A stretch of DNA of 32,000 nucleotides. Origin: an uncultured Erysipelotrichaceae bacterium. GTDB taxonomy: Bacteria > Bacillota_I > Bacilli_A > Erysipelotrichales > Erysipelotrichaceae. The notes below the pieces were generated by a model, which saw only the letters and a program-made list of their open reading frames with translations, was not told the DNA's origin and searched no databases. How positions within the stretch are numbered: position 1 is the first letter of the stretch; each line of letters starts with the position of its first letter. Both the position numbers and the translations under genes were made by a program. Shown piece by piece: positions 8,570 to 19,200 of the stretch. The stretch covers positions 570,001 to 602,000 of the forward strand of contig OW818653.1 in NCBI GenBank assembly GCA_942492995.1, given 5' to 3'.

Positions 8570-9458
8570 TACATTAAATGAATTAGGTGAGGTTAAACAT
8601 AATGTATCAATCAAGACTTTAACAAGTTTTAAGATTGGTGGTACTGCTGAATATGTCTACTATCCTACAGATATTACGTGTTTGAGCAAATCGATTAACC
8701 TATTAAATAACAACAATATACCTTATAAAATATGGGGTATGGGTTCCAATATCTTAGCATCCGATAATGATTATCATGGGGTAATCATTAAACTTGATAA
8801 AACACTTAATCATATTAATATCGATGGGAATCATATTAGAGTTGGAGCTGGGGCAAGTCTTATAGCACTTGCGTATAAAACATGTTTACTTGGATTATCT
8901 GGATTTGAATATGCGACAGGTATTCCAGGCTCAGTTGGTGGTGCATTGTATATGAATGCTGGGGCATATAAACATGATACGTATGAGATTCTTAGACGTA
9001 TTTATGTGTATAAAGATGGTGAATGTGTGTGGATGAATAAGGATGAGATTGTTTTTTCTTATCGACATACATCCTTTGCGGATCATAAAAATTGGATTAT
9101 ATTAGAGGCGGAATTTGAATGTACATTTGGATCCGCAAGTGATATTGAAAAAATAGTGAATGATCGTAAAACACGAAGAACGCAATCCCAACCGTTAAGT
9201 TTACCGAGTGCTGGAAGTGTATTTAGGAATCCTGAAGGAATATTAGCTTGGCAAGTTATTGATCAAGTTGGTTTAAGAGGTAAAAGAATCGGTGGCGCAA
9301 TGTTTTCTGAAGTTCATAGTAATTTCATTGTGAATGTTGATAATGCGAAGGCAAAAGATGTATTAGATTTGGTACAATTAGCACAAAGATTAATTACAGA
9401 AAAATTTGGAATAAGTTTAAGTCCAGAAATTGAACTGTTTAATTGGAGTGTAAAATGA
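8553..9458 (+). CDS. murB: UDP-N-acetylenolpyruvoylglucosamine reductase
   Basis: 'TSFKIGGTAEY' FAD-binding region, 'GIPGSVGGALYMNAGAY', 'PSAGSVFRNP'. ATG 8553 follows a GAGGA RBS. The tracked upstream start at 8508 lies inside murG. Confidence 0.9.
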   Translation: MLNLINTLNELGEVKHNVSIKTLTSFKIGGTAEYVYYPTDITCLSKSINLLNNNNIPYKIWGMGSNILASDNDYHGVIIKLDKTLNHINIDGNHIRVGAGASLIALAYKTCLLGLSGFEYATGIPGSVGGALYMNAGAYKHDTYEILRRIYVYKDGECVWMNKDEIVFSYRHTSFADHKNWIILEAEFECTFGSASDIEKIVNDRKTRRTQSQPLSLPSAGSVFRNPEGILAWQVIDQVGLRGKRIGGAMFSEVHSNFIVNVDNAKAKDVLDLVQLAQRLITEKFGISLSPEIELFNWSVK

Positions 9459-10210
9459 CAAATATACCATCCGTTGATGAGTTAATATCCGAATCTAGAA
9501 ATGAGAAATTAAAGTCTAGAAAGAAAAAGATTGTTAAAGTTTTAATAACGATGATTGGTGTATTAAGTGTGGTGGGAATAGGTTATTTATATTTTTATCA
9601 GAGAAATTCTTCAATCCAAAAAATTATACTTCAAGGTAATATTAATGTAAGTCAAAGTGTAGTTGAAACTAACATCAATTCAGCTAAATCTAAGTATAAT
9701 ATACTTGATTTTGGTTTTATATTAAGCGAAGAATTAGAAACAAATCCATTAATTAAATCGTTACAAATGAAGTATAGTAAAGGTAATGAACTATTAATTA
9801 CGATAGAAGAGCATGGAGTGTTAGCGTATTTAAATAACCAACAGAGTGTTTTGTTGGAGAATGGTAAATTATATTCATTTAATGAATATGAGCCTATCTC
9901 GATTAATGAATTGATCTTTGTGAATGGCTATGATGATGAATTAGCCTACACACGTTTAGCATCTTCACTGAATGAATTAACATCGAGTACAAAGTTAATG
10001 ATTTCAGAGATTATACAAGATGAAAAAAGTTATGATGTTTATTATGCTAAGCTAATCATGTATGATGGAATAACCGTATATACTTCTCTTAGTACAATAA
10101 ATGTTTTAGAGGATTATGCGTCTATTCGACAAGCTTTGAATCCAGAACATATGTGTATAGCCATTGACGAAATTAAAGCTGTACCGTATAGTTTTTCTTG
10201 TTATCCATGA
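9455..10210 (+). CDS. divIB: Cell division protein DivIB/FtsQ (POTRA-containing)
   Basis: Basic N-terminus, a single TM (VKVLITMIGVLSVVGIGYLYFY), then a POTRA-like 'IQKIILQGNINVSQSVV'. ATGA overlap with the murB stop. The position after murB fits dcw-type order. Confidence 0.7.
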   Translation: MTNIPSVDELISESRNEKLKSRKKKIVKVLITMIGVLSVVGIGYLYFYQRNSSIQKIILQGNINVSQSVVETNINSAKSKYNILDFGFILSEELETNPLIKSLQMKYSKGNELLITIEEHGVLAYLNNQQSVLLENGKLYSFNEYEPISINELIFVNGYDDELAYTRLASSLNELTSSTKLMISEIIQDEKSYDVYYAKLIMYDGITVYTSLSTINVLEDYASIRQALNPEHMCIAIDEIKAVPYSFSCYP

Positions 10211-10213
10211 TTT

Positions 10214-10241
10214 TTGAATTAAACTCATTATTTGATATAAT
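10214..10241 (+). promoter_or_regulatory. Sigma-A type promoter for the asp23-fakA operon
   Basis: TTGAAT (10214-10219), 16-nt spacer, TGaTATAAT (10233-10241). Confidence 0.6.
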
Positions 10242-10265
10242 GAAAATGCAACAAAGGAGAAAAAT

Positions 10266-10625
10266 ATGTCAATCGAGCGATCAACGCAATTAGGTAATAT
10301 TAATATTAGCCATGAAGCCATCGCGAGTTTAGCAGGTGGTGTTGTTACAGAATGTTATGGCGTTGTTGGTATGGCATCTCAGAAAGTATTAAAAGATGGG
10401 ATTGCTGAACTTTTGAAAAAGGAAAATTACAGTAAAGGTGTTTTGGTTAGAGAAAGTACTCAAGGATTAGAACTTGATCTATACATTATTATTGGTTTTG
10501 GAGTAAAAATCTCTGAAGTTGTAAACGAAGTACAAAAAAAATGTAAATATGTTTTAGAAAAATCATTGGATTTAAAATTCAGTGGAATAAATGTTTATGT
10601 TCAAGGCGTTAGGATGATTGGTTAG
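10266..10625 (+). CDS. Asp23/Gls24-family protein (YloU-like)
   Basis: 'ISHEAIASLAGGVVTECYGVVGM' is the typical Asp23 N-terminal region. It sits immediately upstream of the DAK2-domain gene, as in Bacillus yloU-yloV. Confidence 0.85.
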   Translation: MSIERSTQLGNINISHEAIASLAGGVVTECYGVVGMASQKVLKDGIAELLKKENYSKGVLVRESTQGLELDLYIIIGFGVKISEVVNEVQKKCKYVLEKSLDLKFSGINVYVQGVRMIG

Positions 10626-10632
10626 GTGCAAA

Positions 10633-12261
10633 ATGAATAAACTAGACGGTTCTTTATTTAAATCCATGTTGGTGAGTGGGGCAAATAACTTAACAAATCA
10701 TCACCATGAAGTAGATGCCTTAAACGTATTCCCAGTTCCAGATGGTGATACTGGTACGAATATGAATTTGACATTTTCAGCTGGTGTAAAAGATACTCAA
10801 GCTATTTTAACAATGAATGTTGGTGATATTGCGAAAGTATTGTCCAAAGGCTTATTAATGGGTGCACGTGGTAATTCCGGTGTTATCCTATCACAAATAT
10901 TTAGAGGATTTTACCAAAGTGTAGATGGTAAACCAGAGATTAATGCACAAGATTTTGCGGATGCGTTTGTCAAAGGGACTGAAATTGCTTATAAAGCAGT
11001 TATGCGTCCTGTTGAAGGAACAATTCTTACTGTTTTAAGAGAAAGTAGTAAACAAGCTTTTGATTATTTGGAGACATATCCAAATAAGACAATACTTGAA
11101 TACTTTGATTTCTTAATATCTGCAGCACATGAATCATTATTGAGAACTCCTGATTTACTTCCTGTATTGAAGGAAGTTGGCGTTGTCGATAGTGGCGCTT
11201 ATGGATATATTAAAATACTAGAAGGATTTAGATTAGGTTTAAAAGGTACACCTGTAGCGTTGCTTGAAAATATTGAAATGGGCGAAGGTGTTCAAAAGAA
11301 TTTAGAAAATGAAGAATTTGGTTACTGTACTGAATTTATTATTCGATTAACAGACGAAACACAAAACAGTTTCAATGAAGATGAACTTAAAGATCGCTTA
11401 TCTAGACTTGGTGATTCATTAGTTGTTGTTCAAGATGAAGAAATTGTCAAAGTACATGTACATACATTAACTCCTGGTGATGCTTTAAATATCGGACAAC
11501 GTTATGGTGAATTCTTGAAATTAAAGATTGAGAATATGCAAGAACAACATGAGCATTTGAGTCACATGACTGTTGATACGAAAACTAAAAATGTTGAAAA
11601 GAAAAAGTATGCGATTATAGCTGTAGCGGCTGGCGATGGTGTTAAAGAGTTATTTGAGTCCTATCGTGTTGATGTTGTAATTAGTGGAGGGCAGACGATG
11701 AATCCTTCAACTGAAGATTTCGTGGCTGCCATTCAATCAGTGAATGCTGAACATATCTTTGTTCTTCCAAACAATTCAAATATTATATTAGCAGCTCAAC
11801 AAGCTGAATCATTGATCGAAGATATGGATGTACGTGTATTACCAACTAAGAGTATTCCTCAAGGTTTGAGTGCATGCATTATGTTCAATCCTGAAGTAGA
11901 TGTAGAAGAGAATGTTTCAGAAATGACTGAAGCGTATAAACATGTTAAAACCGCAATGGTTACTTACGCAATCAAAGACACAAGCTTTGAAGGTGTTGAG
12001 ATTGTTGCTGGTGACTATATGGGCATACTTGAAAAATCTATTATATGTAGTACATCAGATAAACTTGATGCAACTAAACAATTATTAAAACAAACGGTTA
12101 CTGATGATGATGGTCTAATAACTGTTATCGTTGGTGATGATGTTAGTGAAGAGGAACAAACTATGATTGAAGAATTCATTTCAACTGAATTTAATCATTG
12201 TGAGGTAGAAGTAACTAAAGGGTTACAGCCTGTTTATTCCTTTATCTTTGGAATCGAATAA
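10633..12261 (+). CDS. fakA: DAK2-domain protein YloV / fatty acid kinase FakA-like
   Basis: 'LNVFPVPDGDTGTNM', 'GARGNSGVILSQ' (Dak2 phosphate-binding), and the C-terminal DegV-like/FakA_C region. ATG 10633 follows an AGGTG RBS. Confidence 0.85.
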   Translation: MNKLDGSLFKSMLVSGANNLTNHHHEVDALNVFPVPDGDTGTNMNLTFSAGVKDTQAILTMNVGDIAKVLSKGLLMGARGNSGVILSQIFRGFYQSVDGKPEINAQDFADAFVKGTEIAYKAVMRPVEGTILTVLRESSKQAFDYLETYPNKTILEYFDFLISAAHESLLRTPDLLPVLKEVGVVDSGAYGYIKILEGFRLGLKGTPVALLENIEMGEGVQKNLENEEFGYCTEFIIRLTDETQNSFNEDELKDRLSRLGDSLVVVQDEEIVKVHVHTLTPGDALNIGQRYGEFLKLKIENMQEQHEHLSHMTVDTKTKNVEKKKYAIIAVAAGDGVKELFESYRVDVVISGGQTMNPSTEDFVAAIQSVNAEHIFVLPNNSNIILAAQQAESLIEDMDVRVLPTKSIPQGLSACIMFNPEVDVEENVSEMTEAYKHVKTAMVTYAIKDTSFEGVEIVAGDYMGILEKSIICSTSDKLDATKQLLKQTVTDDDGLITVIVGDDVSEEEQTMIEEFISTEFNHCEVEVTKGLQPVYSFIFGIE

Positions 12262-12285
12262 AAGGGCATAATGCCCTTTTCTTTA
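12261..12285 (+). terminator. Intrinsic terminator after fakA
   Basis: Stem aaagggc (12261-12267) / gcccttt (12273-12279), loop ataat, then a T-rich tail. Confidence 0.8.
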
Positions 12286-12286
12286 T

Positions 12287-14275
12287 ATGGAACTAAGTAC
12301 ATTAAAACTAACTAAACTAATGATAGAGAAGTTAAACGAAGCTGGATTCTTTACAGTAGAATCCTTGCTTTGGTATTTTCCTATGCGATATGAAGAAATC
12401 ACCTTAAAACCATATGAAGAATGGATGATAAACGATAAAGTTTGGTTAGAAGGTACGATCCAAGAACCATTTAAAATGGTGCGTTTACCTAAGAATAGAA
12501 GTGTAACGAGATTCATGTTTCAAAGTGAACAGGGACTATTTCAAGTAAGTATATTTAATCGACCTTGGTTAAAATCAAATATGCGAATTAGTTTACAAGC
12601 ACGATATGATGGTCAGTATATGTTAACTGGTTTAAACTACAATGCTCAACCATTGCTTGAGCAAATAGGTATTGTTCCAATTTATTCTTTACGTAAAGAA
12701 TTAAGTAATAAAGATTTAATTCAAGTTGTACATAAAGCATTGAGTAAACTTGATGAATCAGTAAAAATTGATATTCCACAAGAATTTAAGGAAAAGTATC
12801 GATTATTAAGTATTAAACAATCAATATATTACATGCATAACCCACAATCAATGCAAGCAATAATACAAGCTAAACGATGTTTAAAGTATGAAGAATTTCT
12901 TCGTTTTCAAACTAAGTTACAACTAAATAGAAGTATTAATTTTGGACAAATGTTTGGTAAAAATAAGATATTTGATCGAAGAGAAATTAATACTTGGATG
13001 AAAGAATTACCTTTTGAACTAACTATTAATCAAAAACAAGTTCTTAGTGAAATACTGGATGATTTACAATCCAAACAAAGAATGAATCGATTATTACAAG
13101 GTGATGTTGGCAGCGGTAAGACAGTTATTGCGGCATTGGCGATATATGCAAATGTTTTAGCTCATTATCAATCTGCCTTGCTTGTACCTACTGAAATATT
13201 AGCTAAACAACATTTTAATAGTTTAAAGGAATATCTACCAACAAATGTAAGAGTTGAAGTACTTTATTCTTCTTTAAGTACTGTTCAAAAGAGAAATATA
13301 TTAGAACGATTAAGAAATAATGAAATTGATGTTTTAATCGGGACACATTCACTAATTCAAGAAGATGTTAAATTTTCAAACTGTGGGTTAGTAGTTGCGG
13401 ATGAACAACATCGTTTTGGAGTTGAACAGAGACGCATGTTAAGTGATAAAGGGGATAAAGTTGATTTCCTATTAATGAGTGCGACACCAATTCCACGAAC
13501 ATTAGCTGCCGTATTATTCAATGATTTGAATATTTCTACGATTCAAACGTATCACAGTAGTAAACAAACAATTCATACTAAATTAGTTGAATCAAATAGT
13601 ATAAAATCAATTTACACTGAAATAATTAAACGTCTAGAAATGAACGATCAGATTTATTTCGTTTGTCCGAGTATTGAATATGATGAAACGAGTAATGTGA
13701 AGAGTGTTGAGCAGATATTTGATGCATTAAAAAAGGGTTTACCAAAGCATGTAAGAATAGGTATGTTACATGGTAAATTAAATCAGGAAGATAAGGAAAG
13801 TATTTTAAAACAATTCTTGAATCATGAAATAGATTGTTTAGTAACAACAACGGTTATTGAAGTTGGGGTAAATGTTCAAACCGCAAATACGATGGTAATT
13901 TATGATAGCGATCGTTTTGGTTTGTCGCAACTCCATCAATTGCGAGGTAGAGTTGGTCGAGGAAGTGTTGAAGGATTATGTTTTCTATTAACAGATTCAA
14001 AAGAAGAATTGAGTTTAACTCGTTTAAAAGTTCTTGAAAATAGTCTAGATGGTTTTGAAATCGCAAATAAAGATCTTGAATTAAGAGGTCCCGGTGAAAT
14101 ATTTGGATTAAAACAATCGGGTATACCAAGTTTTTTAATCGCAAATGTTATATTGGATCAAGCTATTTTATTAACAGCGCAAAAGGATTCTCTTGAAATA
14201 TTCGAGAAAAAGAAACAATTTTCCCAATGGATTGATTATTGTTTTAAAGACCTTGAGAATCAGAGAATGGATTAA
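12287..14275 (+). CDS. recG: ATP-dependent DNA helicase RecG
   Basis: Wedge-domain N-terminus, Walker A 'GDVGSGKTVIA', 'DEQHRFGV', 'MSATPIPRTL', 'QLHQLRGRVGRG', and 'GPGEIFGLKQSG' (TRG motif). Confidence 0.95.
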   Translation: MELSTLKLTKLMIEKLNEAGFFTVESLLWYFPMRYEEITLKPYEEWMINDKVWLEGTIQEPFKMVRLPKNRSVTRFMFQSEQGLFQVSIFNRPWLKSNMRISLQARYDGQYMLTGLNYNAQPLLEQIGIVPIYSLRKELSNKDLIQVVHKALSKLDESVKIDIPQEFKEKYRLLSIKQSIYYMHNPQSMQAIIQAKRCLKYEEFLRFQTKLQLNRSINFGQMFGKNKIFDRREINTWMKELPFELTINQKQVLSEILDDLQSKQRMNRLLQGDVGSGKTVIAALAIYANVLAHYQSALLVPTEILAKQHFNSLKEYLPTNVRVEVLYSSLSTVQKRNILERLRNNEIDVLIGTHSLIQEDVKFSNCGLVVADEQHRFGVEQRRMLSDKGDKVDFLLMSATPIPRTLAAVLFNDLNISTIQTYHSSKQTIHTKLVESNSIKSIYTEIIKRLEMNDQIYFVCPSIEYDETSNVKSVEQIFDALKKGLPKHVRIGMLHGKLNQEDKESILKQFLNHEIDCLVTTTVIEVGVNVQTANTMVIYDSDRFGLSQLHQLRGRVGRGSVEGLCFLLTDSKEELSLTRLKVLENSLDGFEIANKDLELRGPGEIFGLKQSGIPSFLIANVILDQAILLTAQKDSLEIFEKKKQFSQWIDYCFKDLENQRMD

Positions 14276-14289
14276 GGTATAATAGAACT

Positions 14290-14973
14290 ATGAATTTAAA
14301 AGAATGGTTAAAACAACACCAAATAGTCGTTAAGGATATTCATCAAATTGAATGTGCTTTTGTACATCGATCATATTTGCATGAACATCAGAATACTTAT
14401 CCAGAGGATAATCAAAGACTTGAGTTTATGGGAGATGCGGTATTACAATTGTGGACTGCATCTTATCTGTATAATCTAAATCCGAAACTAACTGAAGGAA
14501 ATATGACAAAATTACGCTCACAAATGGTTTGTGAGAGTTCATTAGCCAAGATTGCGTTTAAGCTTGGATTAAATGAATTTTTAAAATTGGGTCATGGAGA
14601 GATTCTTGAACAAGGACAAATGCGTGATTCAACTGTTGCGGATATGTTTGAGGCTTTCTTAGGCGCATTGTATCTAGAATCTGGATATCAATATGTAAGC
14701 CCATTGTTAGATGATATCTTTAAAGATTTAGAAGAATTTAAACAATTCAATAGTGTAATTGACTTTAAAACTGAATTACAGGAATATGTACAGGCAGATA
14801 ATAGAAGAACGATTAGTTATGTGTTGTTAAGTGTAGATGGTCCATCAAATCAAAGAATTTTTGAAACAAGTGTTCAAATTGATGGTATAACATATGGCAA
14901 AGGTAAGGGCAGTTCAAAGAAGAGAGCTGAACAAGCTGCGGCAAAAGAAGCTCTTACAAAACTTGTTAAGTGA
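14290..14973 (+). CDS. rnc: Ribonuclease III
   Basis: Signature 'NQRLEFMGDAVLQL', 'DMFEAFLGALYL', and C-terminal dsRBD 'GKGSSKKRAEQAAAKEAL'. Confidence 0.95.
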   Translation: MNLKEWLKQHQIVVKDIHQIECAFVHRSYLHEHQNTYPEDNQRLEFMGDAVLQLWTASYLYNLNPKLTEGNMTKLRSQMVCESSLAKIAFKLGLNEFLKLGHGEILEQGQMRDSTVADMFEAFLGALYLESGYQYVSPLLDDIFKDLEEFKQFNSVIDFKTELQEYVQADNRRTISYVLLSVDGPSNQRIFETSVQIDGITYGKGKGSSKKRAEQAAAKEALTKLVK

Positions 14974-14982
14974 GGTAAAGAA

Positions 14983-16278
14983 ATGAATACAAATTTATAT
15001 AACGAAACAATCGGATTAAGTTACGAAGAAGCAATTAAAGAAGCTGAACGTTGTTTAAACTGTCGTCATAAACCATGTGTAGATGGTTGCGTAGCACATA
15101 TGGAGATTCCTTCAATGATTAAAGCATTTTTAGAAGGAAGAGGGGAAGAAGCAAAACAAATTGCGGAATCCAAGAATAGTTTCCCAGAATTTTGTGGAAG
15201 AGTTTGTTATCAAGATATCCAATGCGAGGCAAAATGTGTTCGAATGAAAATGAATGCGCCGGTGAAAATTGGATTAATTGAACGTTATATTGGTGATCAC
15301 TACAAATCAATCACAGAAGTTAAACCTGCGATCGATAAGAAGATTGCGATAATTGGAAGTGGACCATCTGGTCTTTCATGTGCTGTGACACTAAAACAAG
15401 CTGGATTTGATGTGACTGTTTTTGAAAAGAAATCAATATTAGGTGGAGTTCTTAAATTTGGTATACCTCCATATCGCTTACCAAATAATGTTGTAGATTA
15501 TCGAATTGAACAATTAATGGATTTAGGTGTTAAATTTAAAATAGAAGAAAATTTTGGTAGAACACGTGATTATCGTTCACTTTTTGAAGAAGGTTTTGAT
15601 GCGATGTATCTAGCGATGGGTGCTTCTAAACAAAACTTCTCGAAGATCGAAGGTTCTGATCATCCAAAAGTGATTGGTTGGAAACAATTTTTAAGTATCT
15701 TAAATATTGGAGAAGATTCCTTCCATGAGCATTTTAGTCATATTAAACGTTTATGTGTAGTTGGTGGTGGTAATGTCGCAATGGATGTTGCCATTAGTGC
15801 CGCAAAATATGGCATTGATACACATTTAGTTTATCGAAGAACAATTGATTTAATGCCTGCTAGAAAAGCAGAAGTTGAAGAGTGTATACACTTAGGTGTA
15901 AATATTCATGAACTTGTTGATCCTATTTCAGTATTTGATCATGAGAATGATTTAAGAGTTAAATGTAAACGTACTAAACTTGTAAAAATTGATGATAGTG
16001 ATCGAGGAACAATAATTGATGATGAGGGTTATTTTGAGCTTGATTGTGATTTAATGGTTATGGCAATCGGTTCAAGTGTGAAGAAATTAAACTTTGAAGG
16101 ATTAGCTACAGATTCACAAGGTAGAATTATTGTGGATGAACATTTTGAAACTAATATTGATCGTGTATATGCAGCAGGTGATATCGTAAGTGGTACAAAG
16201 ACAGTTATTCATGCTTTATCAGCTGGTAAACAAGCTGCTCAACATATCATTGATAGATTTAATCGAGACAAAGAATGA
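14983..16278 (+). CDS. GltD/SudA/NfnB-like NAD(P)H-dependent Fe-S flavoprotein oxidoreductase (glutamate synthase small-chain family)
   Basis: N-terminal Cys clusters 'CLNCRHKPCVDGC' and 'CGRVCYQDIQCEAKC'. FAD Rossmann 'IAIIGSGPSGLSCA', NAD(P) Rossmann 'VVGGGNVAMDVA', and 'AAGDIVSG'. No partner subunit is adjacent. Confidence 0.8.
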   Translation: MNTNLYNETIGLSYEEAIKEAERCLNCRHKPCVDGCVAHMEIPSMIKAFLEGRGEEAKQIAESKNSFPEFCGRVCYQDIQCEAKCVRMKMNAPVKIGLIERYIGDHYKSITEVKPAIDKKIAIIGSGPSGLSCAVTLKQAGFDVTVFEKKSILGGVLKFGIPPYRLPNNVVDYRIEQLMDLGVKFKIEENFGRTRDYRSLFEEGFDAMYLAMGASKQNFSKIEGSDHPKVIGWKQFLSILNIGEDSFHEHFSHIKRLCVVGGGNVAMDVAISAAKYGIDTHLVYRRTIDLMPARKAEVEECIHLGVNIHELVDPISVFDHENDLRVKCKRTKLVKIDDSDRGTIIDDEGYFELDCDLMVMAIGSSVKKLNFEGLATDSQGRIIVDEHFETNIDRVYAAGDIVSGTKTVIHALSAGKQAAQHIIDRFNRDKE

Positions 16279-19200
16279 TTAATCAAGAGTTACTACAGAA
16301 ATTAGATATTAAAGCACTTGATCGTGTCTATTTTAATGATTCAAGAATTGATAGAATTCGTTTTTATCGTGAAACGAAAATTTTAAATGTTGTATTGAAG
16401 TTAAAACAAACTATTCCATTCACGCTATATGAAAAGCTTGTTAGTTCTATCGAAAATAATACTAATGTAAAATGTGAGTTAGAATTAATAACTGAAGAGT
16501 GTGATTTAGTACATAAAGATTTACAACAATACATTAACTATTGTATCGATAAATTTAATTTAAATGAGTTAGATCATAATCGATTAAGTATTTTAGAAGA
16601 TAGAACACTTTATTTTATTGTAGAATCTACTGATTTACACGAAAAACTAAATCTACAATTAATAAAATTACAGGAATTATTAAATCGATTTGGAATTACT
16701 TATTTATGTAAATCAAGATTAAACAATGATGAACCAGTAGAAATTGAATCAATACCACAAATGATATCAGCGGAACCTGAGTTTAATAAAGCGCAAATTA
16801 AAACAAAAAGAATTAAAAAGGAAGATAGTTTACTCGTACCATTAAAAGATTGTGTTTTAGGCCAACGTGGAATAAAAGTTCGTGGGAAGATATTCCAAAT
16901 TGACAGTCAATGGATTAAGAATAATACAACACTCCGTCAAACTGTTTTTTTTCATGATGAAGAAGATGCATTATCATTCAGTCAGTTTTTAGATGAAAAG
17001 AGTCAGATTGAGAAATTTGGATTATTGAATAAAGGAGATTGTATCGAAGTTTATGGAGATACAATCTATGATAACTTTACAAAAGATATACAGATTCAAG
17101 TTAAGGATATACGTTTAATTCAAGACTGGATGGTCCGTAGAGATGAATCGAATGATAAACGTGTAGAATTACATCTACATACGAATATGTCAGAAATGGA
17201 TGGTGTAAGTACCATTGAAGCGTATATTGATCAAGCATATCAATGGGGTCATGACGCTATCGCAATAACTGATCATCATTCTGTACAAGCCTATCCAAAA
17301 GCTCAGAAAGCTGTTGAAGGCTTAATTAAAAAGAATCCTACACGTACATTTAAAATGATCTATGGGATTGAGTTTAATATGGTTGAATCTAAATATAGTA
17401 TCGTTTCAAATCCAAAGAACCAAAGTCTACATGATTCAACTTACGTTGTACTGGATTTAGAAACCACAGGTTTATCTACAGAATTTGATCGAATAATAGA
17501 GTTTGCGGCAATTCGTATACAATCAGGAATGATTGTGGATCGTTTACAAATGTTTGTAAATCCACACCAAAGCTTAAGTGCATTTATTACTGAAAAAACG
17601 CATATTAAACAAGCTGATGTTGATCAAGCCGCATCAATTGAAACTGTCATTGATGAATGGTTAAATTTCATTCAAGATGATATTATTTTAGCCCATAATG
17701 CGAATTTCGATATTGGATTTATCAATGCGAATTTATTACGCTTAAATCGGCCAAAATTAACAAATACTGTAATAGATACATTGGATCTTTCAAAAGCATT
17801 ACTTAAAGATAAAAAGTATTATCGACTAGGTGTAATCGCAAAACATTATAAGATTTCATATGATGAATCAGGTGCACATAGAGCTGACTATGATACTGAA
17901 GTTTTACATCAAGTTTTCGGTAAAATGTTAATGTCTGATGAACTTAGTAAGTTGAAATCGGTTAATGATTTATGTAATCTTGATCAAGCTTTAGCTTTTC
18001 AAAAAAATATGAAAAAGCACGTTAATCTATTAGCGAAGAATCAATCTGGCTTAAAATCATTATTTCAACTTGTTACGATGGCACATACTGATCGATTAAC
18101 GAATGGTTCAACTACCAAGAGTGAAAATGATGGAAGTATTAGTGAACCAAGAATTTGTCGTGAAGACATCGTTAATCATAGAAAAGATTTGCTTGTAGGA
18201 AGTTCTTGTTTTAATGGTGAAATATTTGAACTAGCCGCAAATCGTTCAACGCCAGAACTTATCGAGGCAATGAAGTTTTACGATTATATCGAAATACAAC
18301 CACTTGAGAATTACAGACCATTAATTGAAAATAATTCGATTGTGAATGAAAAGCGACTCAAAGATATTATTCTAAGAATTATTAACACAGCGATTGAATG
18401 TAATAAGCTAATCGTGGCAACAGGGGATGCACATTATTTAAATCCTATGGATAAACGATTTAGAGATGTTTATATTCAAGCAAAAGGTGTAGGGGCGGGT
18501 CGTCATCCATTGTATATATACAATGAACAAAGAAGACAGATGACTGTTGCGCCTGATCAACATTTACGTACTACACAAGAAATGTTAGATTCTTTTAGTT
18601 ACTTAGATAAAGATTTGGCATATCGACTTGTCATATCTAATCCAAAGTTTATTGTTAATCAAATTGAACCTGTTAAAGCAATTAAGAGTGAGTTATATAC
18701 GCCTAGTATTGATGGAGCTGATGATAACTTACGTAAAATCGTTTATGATAATGCGCATGCCAAATATGGTAATCCATTACCTGAATTGATATACAATCGT
18801 ATTGAAAAAGAATTAAATTCAATTATTACGCATGGTTTTGGAGTAATTTATTACATCGCACATTTATTAGTCAAGAAATCAATCGATGATGGTTATATGG
18901 TTGGTTCACGAGGATCTGTTGGTTCATCACTTGTCGCTACCTTAGCTAATATTACAGAAGTAAATCCACTTGCACCTCATTATGTGTGTCCTAAATGTCA
19001 TCATTCAGAATTTATAAATGATGGAACAAGCGATAGTGGATTCGATTTACCGAATAAACTTTGTCCGAAGTGTGATACATATATGGACATGGATGGTCAT
19101 GATATACCATTTGAAACATTCTTAGGCTTTGAAGGGGATAAAGTTCCAGATATTGATTTAAACTTTTCTGGTGATTATCAAGATAAAGCGCATGCCTATA

